From IMG/VR virus record IMGVR_UViG_3300048580_000163, positions 1 to 64,000 of that record: DNA of 64,000 bases, one strand, 5' to 3'. The DNA comes from an uncultured virus (IMG/VR IMGVR_UViG_3300048580_000163) (lineage: Duplodnaviria; Heunggongvirae; Uroviricota; Caudoviricetes). The notes beneath the pieces are model-generated. The model ran no database searches. It was not told where the DNA came from and saw only the letters and a list, made by a program, of their open reading frames with translations. Below, piece by piece: positions 56,171-64,000 of the stretch; within the stretch, counting starts at the first letter, position 1, and each line of letters opens with the position of its first letter. The translations under genes were made by a program, and so were the position numbers.

Positions 56171-56850
56171 ATCTCTATTATATTTCCATTACTACTTAAT
56201 TTACCAAATCTACCATCTGTTACAACTGAGCCATTGCTAAACCAAGTATCGCAAATACTTAACTTTTGCACACCAGCATTGATAATATCCTTGCAGTTAT
56301 GGATATGTCCAAAAAGACAATAAGCAGGCTGCACCTCTAATATCCTATTCAATAAAGACTTATCTCCGCAAGATTCCATATAGTTATTCTTATCATAAGA
56401 CTTATCTAAGATTCCTTTTGGTGGTCCGTGAGTTACAACAATATCTACATCTTCATCAATTGCCAATCTCCAGAATCTCTCAAGCTTTGTTCTTTCCTTC
56501 ATAAAAGCCCAATTACCAAAGTTAGGTGTGTGTGGTGATCCAAATATCTTAATCCCATCAATTGTTACAGATTCATTTTCAAGATAAATAATACCAGCAT
56601 CTTCGAAATCTTTCTTTGTTACAAGTTTTTTCTCAATTGAGGTATCGTGATTGCCTGCAACATAAATCTTGTATTTTATAGGTAATTCTTTATACCAATC
56701 AATGAAGTCTCTAACTTCTGGTTCGTTGTTATAAGGATCTCTTGGATTACTACAATCACCTGAATGTATAATCATATTAATACCGCTTGGTATATTTAAT
56801 AAATCGTGATATGTATGGGTATCTGAGATGTGAAGTATTCTTAAGCTCAT
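56167..56850 (-). CDS. Metallophosphoesterase (MPPED-like)
   Basis: SDTH, HSGD, GNHD, THGPP, GHIH. Confidence 0.9.
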   Translation of the reverse strand: MSLRILHISDTHTYHDLLNIPSGINMIIHSGDCSNPRDPYNNEPEVRDFIDWYKELPIKYKIYVAGNHDTSIEKKLVTKKDFEDAGIIYLENESVTIDGIKIFGSPHTPNFGNWAFMKERTKLERFWRLAIDEDVDIVVTHGPPKGILDKSYDKNNYMESCGDKSLLNRILEVQPAYCLFGHIHNCKDIINAGVQKLSICDTWFSNGSVVTDGRFGKLSSNGNIIEI

Positions 56851-58036
56851 TTTATTTCTTTTTTATAAATTTCTAATAGTTCTTCTGTATTATATCTCAA
56901 GTATAAATCGTAGTCAATAGTGTCAATTTCACTACTTCTTAAACTTTCTACCCATTCAGAAAATTTAACAGCAAAATCTTCTTTTTCTTTTTGTAATTGC
57001 TTTTGTCTATAATTACTATCTTCGTATTGTAGTGTTGTCATAATTTATTCTTTAATTTTTTTGTAAATGCATAGTGCTTATGGCTTTATGAAGCCTTACA
57101 ACTTCCTTCTTATATTTATTTACTGATTCTTCTTTAAATTCTAACTCAGCAATATAAGATTTTAATTTTCCGTTTTCAATTTCTAAATTTGAAATGGTCT
57201 TTATTAAATATGACACAAGTTCATCTTTTTGATATTCCCTCTTTAGGCTAATTAAAACATTGTCTATGTATCTATTTCTACCCATATCTTATTCTCTAAA
57301 TAATTCGTAAATACTATTCTCTGTTGCAAATCTAATGTAATCATCTTTATCTTCAAGTATTTCAGTTACTGGTGTTGTTTGCCAGGTAAAATAAATATTA
57401 AACGGAGACATAATTAAACTTCTACCTACGGCTGCTGATTGAAAGTCTGCTTTATATCTTCCATTCTCATCAAATTCTAACCACTTAATTGCAAAAGATT
57501 TATTAGTTAAACCATCTCTTTCTCTAACCAATCTATAATTATGCTCCATAATCAAACTCAACTTTATATCCTAACTCCCTTAATACAGCCTCTAAAGCAG
57601 TCTGAACATCTTCTCCTAAGTAACCATTATCGTGTATCTCAGGATTAGGGTGTTCTAATTTCTTACCATTCAAGTACAAGTATGTTCCGTAGCTATCACA
57701 ACAACCATCACCGCATTGATGATGCCAATCCTCGAATTTAATCTTTATTGTATTCTCATTAAATAAAAGCTCTTGACTCTTTATAACCTCTATCTCAGGA
57801 TCGCAATCACATCTATCTGTATGACCGCAATAACATTTTATTTCCATACCTTACTTATCTTTAAAATCCTCTAATTCTTTTCCCCACTCTATAATAAACT
57901 CCCTAATACTTTTTTGATGAAATGTAGCTTGAACAAGTAATCCTTCAAAAGCCTCAAAGTATTCCTCTAAAGAAACATCATCGTGTTCAGTTTTAAAGGT
58001 TATTGTTTTTCCGTATGACTTAAGTTGTAATTCCAT
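56847..58036 (-). other. Run of five small hypothetical CDSs
   Basis: 56847..57041, 57052..57285, 57289..57561, 57539..57847, 57851..58036, tightly packed. Confidence 0.6.
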
Positions 58037-58132
58037 ATCTTATTTTCTTTTTATTTCTTTTAAAATTGAATGTAAAATGTATCCTATAAGTGTTAATTGT
58101 AACGATATAATTAGAAGCATATTTTATTTTTT

Positions 58133-58510
58133 TTACAAATCTACTAAATTAATTTTACTACTAACTAAAATTGTCGAATTATTTTCTAAATATTCTGTAA
58201 GCGTGGCATTTACAAAACTCTCAGGCACATCGAAGTAAGATGCAATCTCTGGACTTGAGTTATCTTTATTAGACAAGAAATACTCTATTATATATATCTT
58301 TTTCTTTGAATATATAAGTGATGAATACAACCTCTTATAATGACTCTTCTTAAAGTTTATAATACTCTCAAATTCTTCTTCATCAAAGTAAAGCACCTTA
58401 CCACTCTTTCTATTATCCTTTACTATGCCTAATACCTTCATTCTATGCGTTATAGTTGTTTTATCTATATTGCAGTACTCAGCTATATCTTTTACGGTGT
58501 ATGTATTCAT
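58133..58510 (-). CDS. HTH DNA-binding protein
   Basis: YTVKDIAEYCNIDKTTI; SSPEIASYFDV. Confidence 0.7.
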   Translation of the reverse strand: MNTYTVKDIAEYCNIDKTTITHRMKVLGIVKDNRKSGKVLYFDEEEFESIINFKKSHYKRLYSSLIYSKKKIYIIEYFLSNKDNSSPEIASYFDVPESFVNATLTEYLENNSTILVSSKINLVDL

Positions 58511-58752
58511 AGTCCTTTTTCTTTTTTATAGATTTCTAATACTTCTGCTGATGTATAAGGTTTAAGTCCTAATTTAATAATCCAATTTCCATTAGGCAGC
58601 CTAGTATTATCCCATTTATATAACCACTCCGCAAACTCAATAGCAAACTCATCTGCTATCCCCTCAATAACTTCAGCGGTAGGTGTATAAATTATAGAGT
58701 AATCGCTAAGTTTATTACTGCGTGCCTCTTGTATTTTATCTACTAATTTCAT
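58507..58752 (-). CDS. IADEFAIEF-module protein
   Basis: ORF track. Confidence 0.6.
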   Translation of the reverse strand: MKLVDKIQEARSNKLSDYSIIYTPTAEVIEGIADEFAIEFAEWLYKWDNTRLPNGNWIIKLGLKPYTSAEVLEIYKKEKGL

Positions 58753-58755
58753 ATA

Positions 58756-60603
58756 TTAAAATGGTATTGCGTTATTAATATCTATTGGTCCAAACGCTTG
58801 GTCTGGTGTAGGTGTTGGCAATGGAGTATCACACTCATCAATCTCCTTTACAACCTTTCTAATTATAGGCTCTGCATTCTCGTTCAACAAGTAAGGAAGA
58901 CCATCTTCATTAACTGAATAACAAAAATCTGCTATTGGAAATCCCCTTGTGTGGCTAAAGTGAGCTTTAACACAATCACCTTCTGGAGTTACCTGACATA
59001 CAGTCTCTGCCTTCTTTAACATAGAAGACCCTATATGCCCTACAGCCTTAGTAGTTCCAAAGTTAGAGTGCAAGATAGTTGTTAAGTGAAATTGCTTATC
59101 ATCGGTCCACTTCATTACTTTTTGTATTACAGCCTGACTTTCTTTTAGATCATTAAAGTCGTTAACTAAATCAGCAAGACCATCAATCGCTATAAAACCA
59201 ATATTATCCTTCATCTCGCTTTCGTAAATCAACCACTCTATAAATTGAAGTCTTTCTTTAGGCTCGTATGGTCTTAATGCAAAAGGCTTATAAAACTCGT
59301 AATTTTCAACGCCAACTAATCTTGTGACCCTCTTAAATACATTCTGGGCATGCCAACTTGATTGCTCAGTATCCAAATCAATAATAAAGCATTCCCTATC
59401 TCTGTGGCTTTTTATAGACGATGTATAGTTAGATGTTTGACCTCCAATAAAAGAAGCTGTAATCAAAGATTTTAAGAATGTCTTCTTAGACTTAGATGCT
59501 CCAACAATACAACTAAAGTTTCCATAAGTACCAAATGGTATAGGAAAATCTTTACTACCCATTCTATGCGTTCCAATTGATACTGCTACTGGTGGATACT
59601 CAATCTTCTTTGTTACATCAACAAATGAAGCCTTGTATATATTCTCAAGGTTTACGGATATACTTTGTTTTGGAGATACATCATTAGGCAGATATTCTTT
59701 TATTATGGTATCTTCATCTGTAAATGACTTAGTTCCAAATACGTGTGTCTTATTATAAGCACTCTCGATACAAGAATTAATCTCTTGAATTTCAAAACCA
59801 GTGTGTTCGAACTGAGACATAAAAGACTTAGCTTGCAACTCAGGTATTCCAAATTCATTGAAAGCCATAGCAAGGATGTAGGTATTCCTATTTCTCTCTC
59901 CGTCTATAAGACCATATCTATCTGACCACCACTTATAAAGACCATCTATAATTCTATTATTATCAGCTTTAACCTGAACCTTTACTTCCTTAACCTCTAC
60001 GATTTGAGTTTTTTGCTCAAGCATCTTATCGAATACTAAAGAATCCTCATTTATATAAATGCCTTCATCGTAAGAAACATAACAAACCCTTGCCTCATTA
60101 ACACAAGAATCATCAAAGTTAGGTGAATTAAAGTGTTCCTTAAGACCATAAAAGTATTTCCTGTGGTTTTCAATTTTAGTTGGAACTTTAACCAATACCT
60201 TTAAACCTTCACCAGATGGAGATACAAATACAGAGAATACATAGTCATCATTCATTAAATCATCCTTAATAGAAATCATCTCGAACTCATTACTGAACTT
60301 ATCTAAATCAAGACACATAAGACCACTATGCTCTACCAATCCCTTATCTGTTCTCCAAGAAACCTTATTGTTTCTACCTGATTCAACACCATCTTGTTTA
60401 GATGAAGAGAATAGTATTGATGTCAAAGACGACTTTAATCTACTTTGATTACCCTTATCGTTCTCATTTCTAATAGCCTCTACCTTATCTTTAAAAGCCC
60501 CATCTTTTATTGCCTTTAATATCTTACTAACCTCAACATATCTTGGTTCAGATGTATCGTTAATGTTATTAAATACTGCTACTTTCATATCTTTATTTTT
60601 CAT
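58756..60603 (-). CDS. Primase-helicase (BT4734/VirE-N-like primase plus AAA helicase)
   Basis: HSGLMCLDLD, SPSGEGLK, GERN; GASKSKKT, DTEQ, IDG, GHIGS. Confidence 0.85.
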   Translation of the reverse strand: MKNKDMKVAVFNNINDTSEPRYVEVSKILKAIKDGAFKDKVEAIRNENDKGNQSRLKSSLTSILFSSSKQDGVESGRNNKVSWRTDKGLVEHSGLMCLDLDKFSNEFEMISIKDDLMNDDYVFSVFVSPSGEGLKVLVKVPTKIENHRKYFYGLKEHFNSPNFDDSCVNEARVCYVSYDEGIYINEDSLVFDKMLEQKTQIVEVKEVKVQVKADNNRIIDGLYKWWSDRYGLIDGERNRNTYILAMAFNEFGIPELQAKSFMSQFEHTGFEIQEINSCIESAYNKTHVFGTKSFTDEDTIIKEYLPNDVSPKQSISVNLENIYKASFVDVTKKIEYPPVAVSIGTHRMGSKDFPIPFGTYGNFSCIVGASKSKKTFLKSLITASFIGGQTSNYTSSIKSHRDRECFIIDLDTEQSSWHAQNVFKRVTRLVGVENYEFYKPFALRPYEPKERLQFIEWLIYESEMKDNIGFIAIDGLADLVNDFNDLKESQAVIQKVMKWTDDKQFHLTTILHSNFGTTKAVGHIGSSMLKKAETVCQVTPEGDCVKAHFSHTRGFPIADFCYSVNEDGLPYLLNENAEPIIRKVVKEIDECDTPLPTPTPDQAFGPIDINNAIPF

Positions 60604-61549
60604 ATTCTATTTTTATAGGTAACATTCTACCGCCCTCCATAAGTCTTGCTGTCTTCTGTCTTTCCCAAGTAGCTAAATCTTTATCGCTTAGTAGTTTCTT
60701 TTGCTCATCACTTAATTCCCTTACCCAAAAGTCTGATGGTAGTACTTGTTTTTTAGTCGGAACAGAAGATGATCTTATAAGTAAATCAGACATTTTTTCT
60801 CTTAACTTAGATGTAGACATTATATTCTTCATCCAGAATTCATCATTCATTAAAAAAGCATATACCTTTCTAAAATCTTCCTCTGTTTTTTTATCTTGCG
60901 TAAAAGATAATCTTATTGGATCGACATAGTTTTTGTAAGTAGCGTTTTCTTGGTCTCTAAAATCATTAACACCTAAAGCCTTTTTGTTCTTTATAAATAA
61001 ATCTCTAAAACCAATAGCTATTTTAAAATATACTTGTTCTTGCTTATCGAGTGTAGTAACATCAACTTCTGATAATTTGGTTTTAAATAAATCTTTCTTA
61101 GAATCTTTTTTCGTAGGTGTCTGAGAAGACCCTACAAGAGAATTATTATTTATATTATTATAACTTGTATTATTATCTTTAATCGTATGTTGATACCCCT
61201 TTAATTCTATGTTGATACCTATTGTATCGTTATTGATACCTGTTAAACCATTATTTATACCTATTGAAGATAGTCTTATCACTCTTTTTTGTATCTCTTT
61301 TGAACCTTCTTTATATATGTAATTGCAAGATATAAACCCATTATCTTTTAGGTTTTTAATCCATTTAGATATAGCTTGAGGTGTACAAGAATAAAGTTCA
61401 GCGAAGTAGTCATTAGATGCCCAACAATAACCTTCCTTGTGTGTTAGAGCTGTTATTTCTGCATACAAAAGTTTTTCGTTTGCATTGATTTGTTTACTAT
61501 ACCTTACATCTGCTGTAAGAATAGCGTAGTAGTTTGGTTGTTCTTTCAT
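60593..61549 (-). CDS. Replication initiator with N-terminal HTH
   Basis: YYAIL.ADVRY, GYCWASNDYFAELY; C-terminal FWMKNIMSTSKLR. Confidence 0.8.
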   Translation of the reverse strand: MKEQPNYYAILTADVRYSKQINANEKLLYAEITALTHKEGYCWASNDYFAELYSCTPQAISKWIKNLKDNGFISCNYIYKEGSKEIQKRVIRLSSIGINNGLTGINNDTIGINIELKGYQHTIKDNNTSYNNINNNSLVGSSQTPTKKDSKKDLFKTKLSEVDVTTLDKQEQVYFKIAIGFRDLFIKNKKALGVNDFRDQENATYKNYVDPIRLSFTQDKKTEEDFRKVYAFLMNDEFWMKNIMSTSKLREKMSDLLIRSSSVPTKKQVLPSDFWVRELSDEQKKLLSDKDLATWERQKTARLMEGGRMLPIKIEYEK

Positions 61550-61550
61550 T

Positions 61551-61668
61551 TGTAGTGGTTTTTAAAAAGACAAAATCCCAATACAGCCACTACACTATAT
61601 TGAGATTTGTCGGATTGCTAATTTAGCATAAATTTTCTCTGCAAGTAGTGGATTGCTCTGCAAATATA
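61551..61668 (-). promoter_or_regulatory. Promoter plus attenuator-like leader of the initiator
   Basis: TATATTTG at 61661-61668; terminator hairpin 61569-61611 with loop TGTAGTGG complementary to two CCACTAC copies. Confidence 0.7.
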
Positions 61669-61699
61669 CAAAATATTTTAATACAAAAAAGTGATTACA

Positions 61700-61800
61700 A
61701 AAAAAAGATGTCTTTCCATCAGTCAATCCATATCCACTTTTGACAGTCAATTATGAGTTAACCGTTTTCTTATACTGTCAGTTGAAACGACCAAGTGGAA
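61700..61800 (-). ncRNA. Putative structured RNA
   Basis: TCCACTT/AAGTGGA, TGACAGT/ACTGTCA, GATG-GAAAGA-CATC plus T-run. Confidence 0.45.
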
Positions 61801-61851
61801 TAGCTACCTTACAGGATTTGTAAAGATTTTTATCATAAGAAAACTACTATG

Positions 61852-61927
61852 CTCCAAAGGAAGTATTCGAAACTTCATTTATCAACAGTTGCCCATTGAT
61901 TGTGTTACCAAGTTACACTACTTTGGA
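61852..61927 (-). ncRNA. tRNA-like RNA with non-canonical anticodon arm
   Basis: TCCAAAG/CTTTGGA acceptor, D-arm with TGG, GAAGT-TTCGAAT-ACTTC T-arm. Confidence 0.7.
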
Positions 61928-62006
61928 TTTAGCTTCTAATCAATTATCAGTTTGAACGCTTTACACAGCTTAGCTATTTTACCTTTGCAAATATAAGAAC
62001 TATCTT

Positions 62007-62237
62007 CTAAATAAAGAAAGCTTCATCTATATAATTTAATATAACCTCCTTAATTAATTCCTTATCTAAATACATTCTCTGCATCATATCAATTCCGAGT
62101 TCAACACTTATGTTCTTATCTGAGTTTATCATATTTGATGTGTAACTCTCTGATCTCCTGATGTACTTTGCAAACTCCCTATTATTCTTTTGCCCAGATA
62201 GTTCAAAGATTACCCTTTGCAGTGTCTTATTTTCCAT
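62007..62237 (-). CDS. XRE-like HTH protein
   Basis: NNREFAKYIRRSESYTSNMIN. Confidence 0.6.
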   Translation of the reverse strand: MENKTLQRVIFELSGQKNNREFAKYIRRSESYTSNMINSDKNISVELGIDMMQRMYLDKELIKEVILNYIDEAFFI

Positions 62238-62709
62238 CTCCTACAGCTTTCTTAATATTAGTTATATCTCTCTTTAATCTCTCTAAATATAGAATCATAT
62301 CCATTCCTTCCTCAATTGCGTGATCAATCCACTGCTCTGTTGTAAGGTCATCCCTATCTAATGTGGTGTTGTATTTCTTAATACCAACATCACTCCTGCT
62401 CTTAAATTTATCTACAATTGCTTCAACTATGGTATCTTTCTTGCCTTTCTTCTTTAGTAGTTTAAATTCCTTACCAATCATACAAGAAGTTATCTTCATA
62501 CCATCAATACCATTTATTGGTTTGCTTATGGTTAATACACTACCATCTTGATTTACCACTTCAACTACCTCTCCTTTCACAGCTAATGTGTAGTTTGCAT
62601 TGTCTTCCATACACTTAAGTTTTCTACCAACAAATGATTTAGTTTCTTCTCCCTTAACTTCTTTCGATTCCTTTACTACAATGTTATAAATTGCTTCGTC
62701 TAAATACAT
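62227..62709 (-). CDS. Protein with C-terminal MazG-like domain
   Basis: RSDVGIKKYNTTLDR...HAIEEGMDMILY. Confidence 0.6.
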   Translation of the reverse strand: MYLDEAIYNIVVKESKEVKGEETKSFVGRKLKCMEDNANYTLAVKGEVVEVVNQDGSVLTISKPINGIDGMKITSCMIGKEFKLLKKKGKKDTIVEAIVDKFKSRSDVGIKKYNTTLDRDDLTTEQWIDHAIEEGMDMILYLERLKRDITNIKKAVGDGK

Positions 62710-62713
62710 AATC

Positions 62714-62965
62714 TTATTTATTTATATGGTTATTAATTATACTTAATTCATTATTTGCTTCTTGTAATCTCTTATTTAATTCTCTCTCGAAGACTACATC
62801 AAACATTTTCTTAATCTTAATTGATTCTTCTGTGGTCTTACCATTGAATACCACAAATCTAATACTCTTAACATCCTCCGATACAGAGTCTTTTTTATTT
62901 GCATTGATTAGAGTATTGTATATTACATTTACTCTATTGATAATTTTCTCCTTAATTGTTTCCAT
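62714..62965 (-). CDS. Hypothetical protein
   Basis: ORF track. Confidence 0.55.
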   Translation of the reverse strand: METIKEKIINRVNVIYNTLINANKKDSVSEDVKSIRFVVFNGKTTEESIKIKKMFDVVFERELNKRLQEANNELSIINNHINK

Positions 62966-63347
62966 TTTTACTTTCTTTTATAATTGATATTAGTTTCTTC
63001 AAACATTCAAGTTCTGCTTCTTCGTAAGTAAGTGATTTTCCAAAACTATAAGAACGTTTACCTAATACGTCATCTAAATAAACCTGATAGTATTTTACAG
63101 AAGTATGTCTATAACATCCAATATGAAATTCAAATTCATACTTCTCTCTAAACCATCTAAATGCTTGTTGGTAAAGTGGCGCAGTACAAACTATATCATT
63201 CAAATCTTCATTTCTCCTACCCATATTTGGTCTTAGTACAAGATGTTTTTTATCTCCAGTATAATAACCAAAACAAGGCTCATCAAATCCTAATTCTTTT
63301 AAAGCTAATGCTTGTTCATATGGAATGAACTCTCTTTCTATACCCAT
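62952..63347 (-). CDS. Hypothetical phage protein
   Basis: EFIPYEQALALKELGFDEPC...APLYQQAFRWFREK. Confidence 0.7.
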   Translation of the reverse strand: MGIEREFIPYEQALALKELGFDEPCFGYYTGDKKHLVLRPNMGRRNEDLNDIVCTAPLYQQAFRWFREKYEFEFHIGCYRHTSVKYYQVYLDDVLGKRSYSFGKSLTYEEAELECLKKLISIIKESKNGNN

Positions 63348-63349
63348 AG

Positions 63350-63658
63350 TTACCTTCTTTTTTCTTGAATATAGTTAAACACTTGATTGTATGACTGAAT
63401 AACCTCTCTCTCTGCATCACTTTGATTGCTAAACACAACCCTATTCCTCTTACTATCACTCTCATTCGTGTCAATCCTCTTATAACTTATGGTATCTTTA
63501 ATACCCTCTAAATTGTCATTAAGGTTATATCTAACCACATAGAATCCGTAATCTGCCTTCTCTACTGAGAAAGCCACCTTGACTTCCTTATTAATTACCC
63601 CTACCATTGCTATTTCTTCCTCCTTAGGGAAAAATGCTTCTACCTTTTGTTTTGCCAT
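63350..63658 (-). CDS. Hypothetical protein
   Basis: ORF track. Confidence 0.6.
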   Translation of the reverse strand: MAKQKVEAFFPKEEEIAMVGVINKEVKVAFSVEKADYGFYVVRYNLNDNLEGIKDTISYKRIDTNESDSKRNRVVFSNQSDAEREVIQSYNQVFNYIQEKRR

Positions 63659-63661
63659 AAT

Positions 63662-64000
63662 TTATTCTTGATTAAAATCTACCTCAGTTAAGTCAATCTT
63701 AACATTCAGATTATCTAATAACTTAACCTGAACGTAATTCTTTATAAAGTTCTTCTGCCATCTACTTCCGTAGTTATCACGATATGCTCGACAAGTGGTC
63801 ATAAAGTGATTCTTAGAGCCTTTTAAGACACTTTCTGCATACTTGATACCTTTGCCCTTAATACCACTAATTGAATCAGTGCTGTCGCCCATAATCACCT
63901 GAACCCATAAATTATAATTAGCCTCCTCTTCTGTGATATTATACACCTGACCAAATCTCTGGTAGTAGGTGTCAAACATTACTATCGGATATTGCTTGAG
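63662..64000 (-). CDS. 5'-3' exonuclease (T7 gp6/FEN-like), 5' part outside window
   Basis: MGDSTDSISGIKGKG H3TH; frame open to window end (LKQYP...). Confidence 0.85.
   Translation of the reverse strand, partial: LKQYPIVMFDTYYQRFGQVYNITEEEANYNLWVQVIMGDSTDSISGIKGKGIKYAESVLKGSKNHFMTTCRAYRDNYGSRWQKNFIKNYVQVKLLDNLNVKIDLTEVDFNQE

Noticed and set aside
61800..61852. Theta/HDV-like ribozyme after the tRNA-like RNA
   Set aside because: AT-rich segment with no nested double pseudoknot that I can build.
11734..62551. Other antisense ORFs in the track (e.g. 12014..12436, 30470..30832, 48646..49014)
   Set aside because: Ser/Phe/Leu-rich shadows of real genes.
1..64000. Integrase or reverse transcriptase serving the cassette array
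   Set aside because: No tyrosine recombinase (R..HxxR..Y) or RT (YxDD) protein recognised among the ORFs.
1..64000. Stop-codon reassignment
   Set aside because: Long genes are intact in the standard code, and TAG and TGA both end genes.

Overview
A 64 kb, AT-rich segment of a tailed dsDNA phage infecting Bacteroidota, probably Flavobacteriia (host-type TAnnTTTG promoters, A-rich starts without Shine-Dalgarno, standard code). Layout: a minus-strand early/accessory arm (1-10.8 kb); a divergent non-coding control region (10.8-11.5 kb); a plus-strand late block (11.5-52 kb) with decoration proteins, lysis genes, terminase, portal, scaffold, capsid, podovirus-like tail and a 2906-aa ejection-type protein, interrupted by a minus-strand groEL-groES island and two GIY-YIG endonucleases; and a minus-strand replication/nucleotide arm (52-64 kb). 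Main finding: an integron-like gene-cassette array at 1.7-5.7 kb. It has five attC-like hairpins of non-canonical architecture, each cassette's left end is complementary to its own right-hand core site, cargo genes are inverted, and no integrase is present in the window. Other signals: a conserved 31-nt leader on two Acb2-like genes, small basic genes overprinted in the giant gene, a kissing-loop attenuator before the replication initiator, a tRNA mimic without an anticodon loop, and a duplicated portal C-terminus around a homing endonuclease. All protein family calls are by-eye motif recognition, not database searches.
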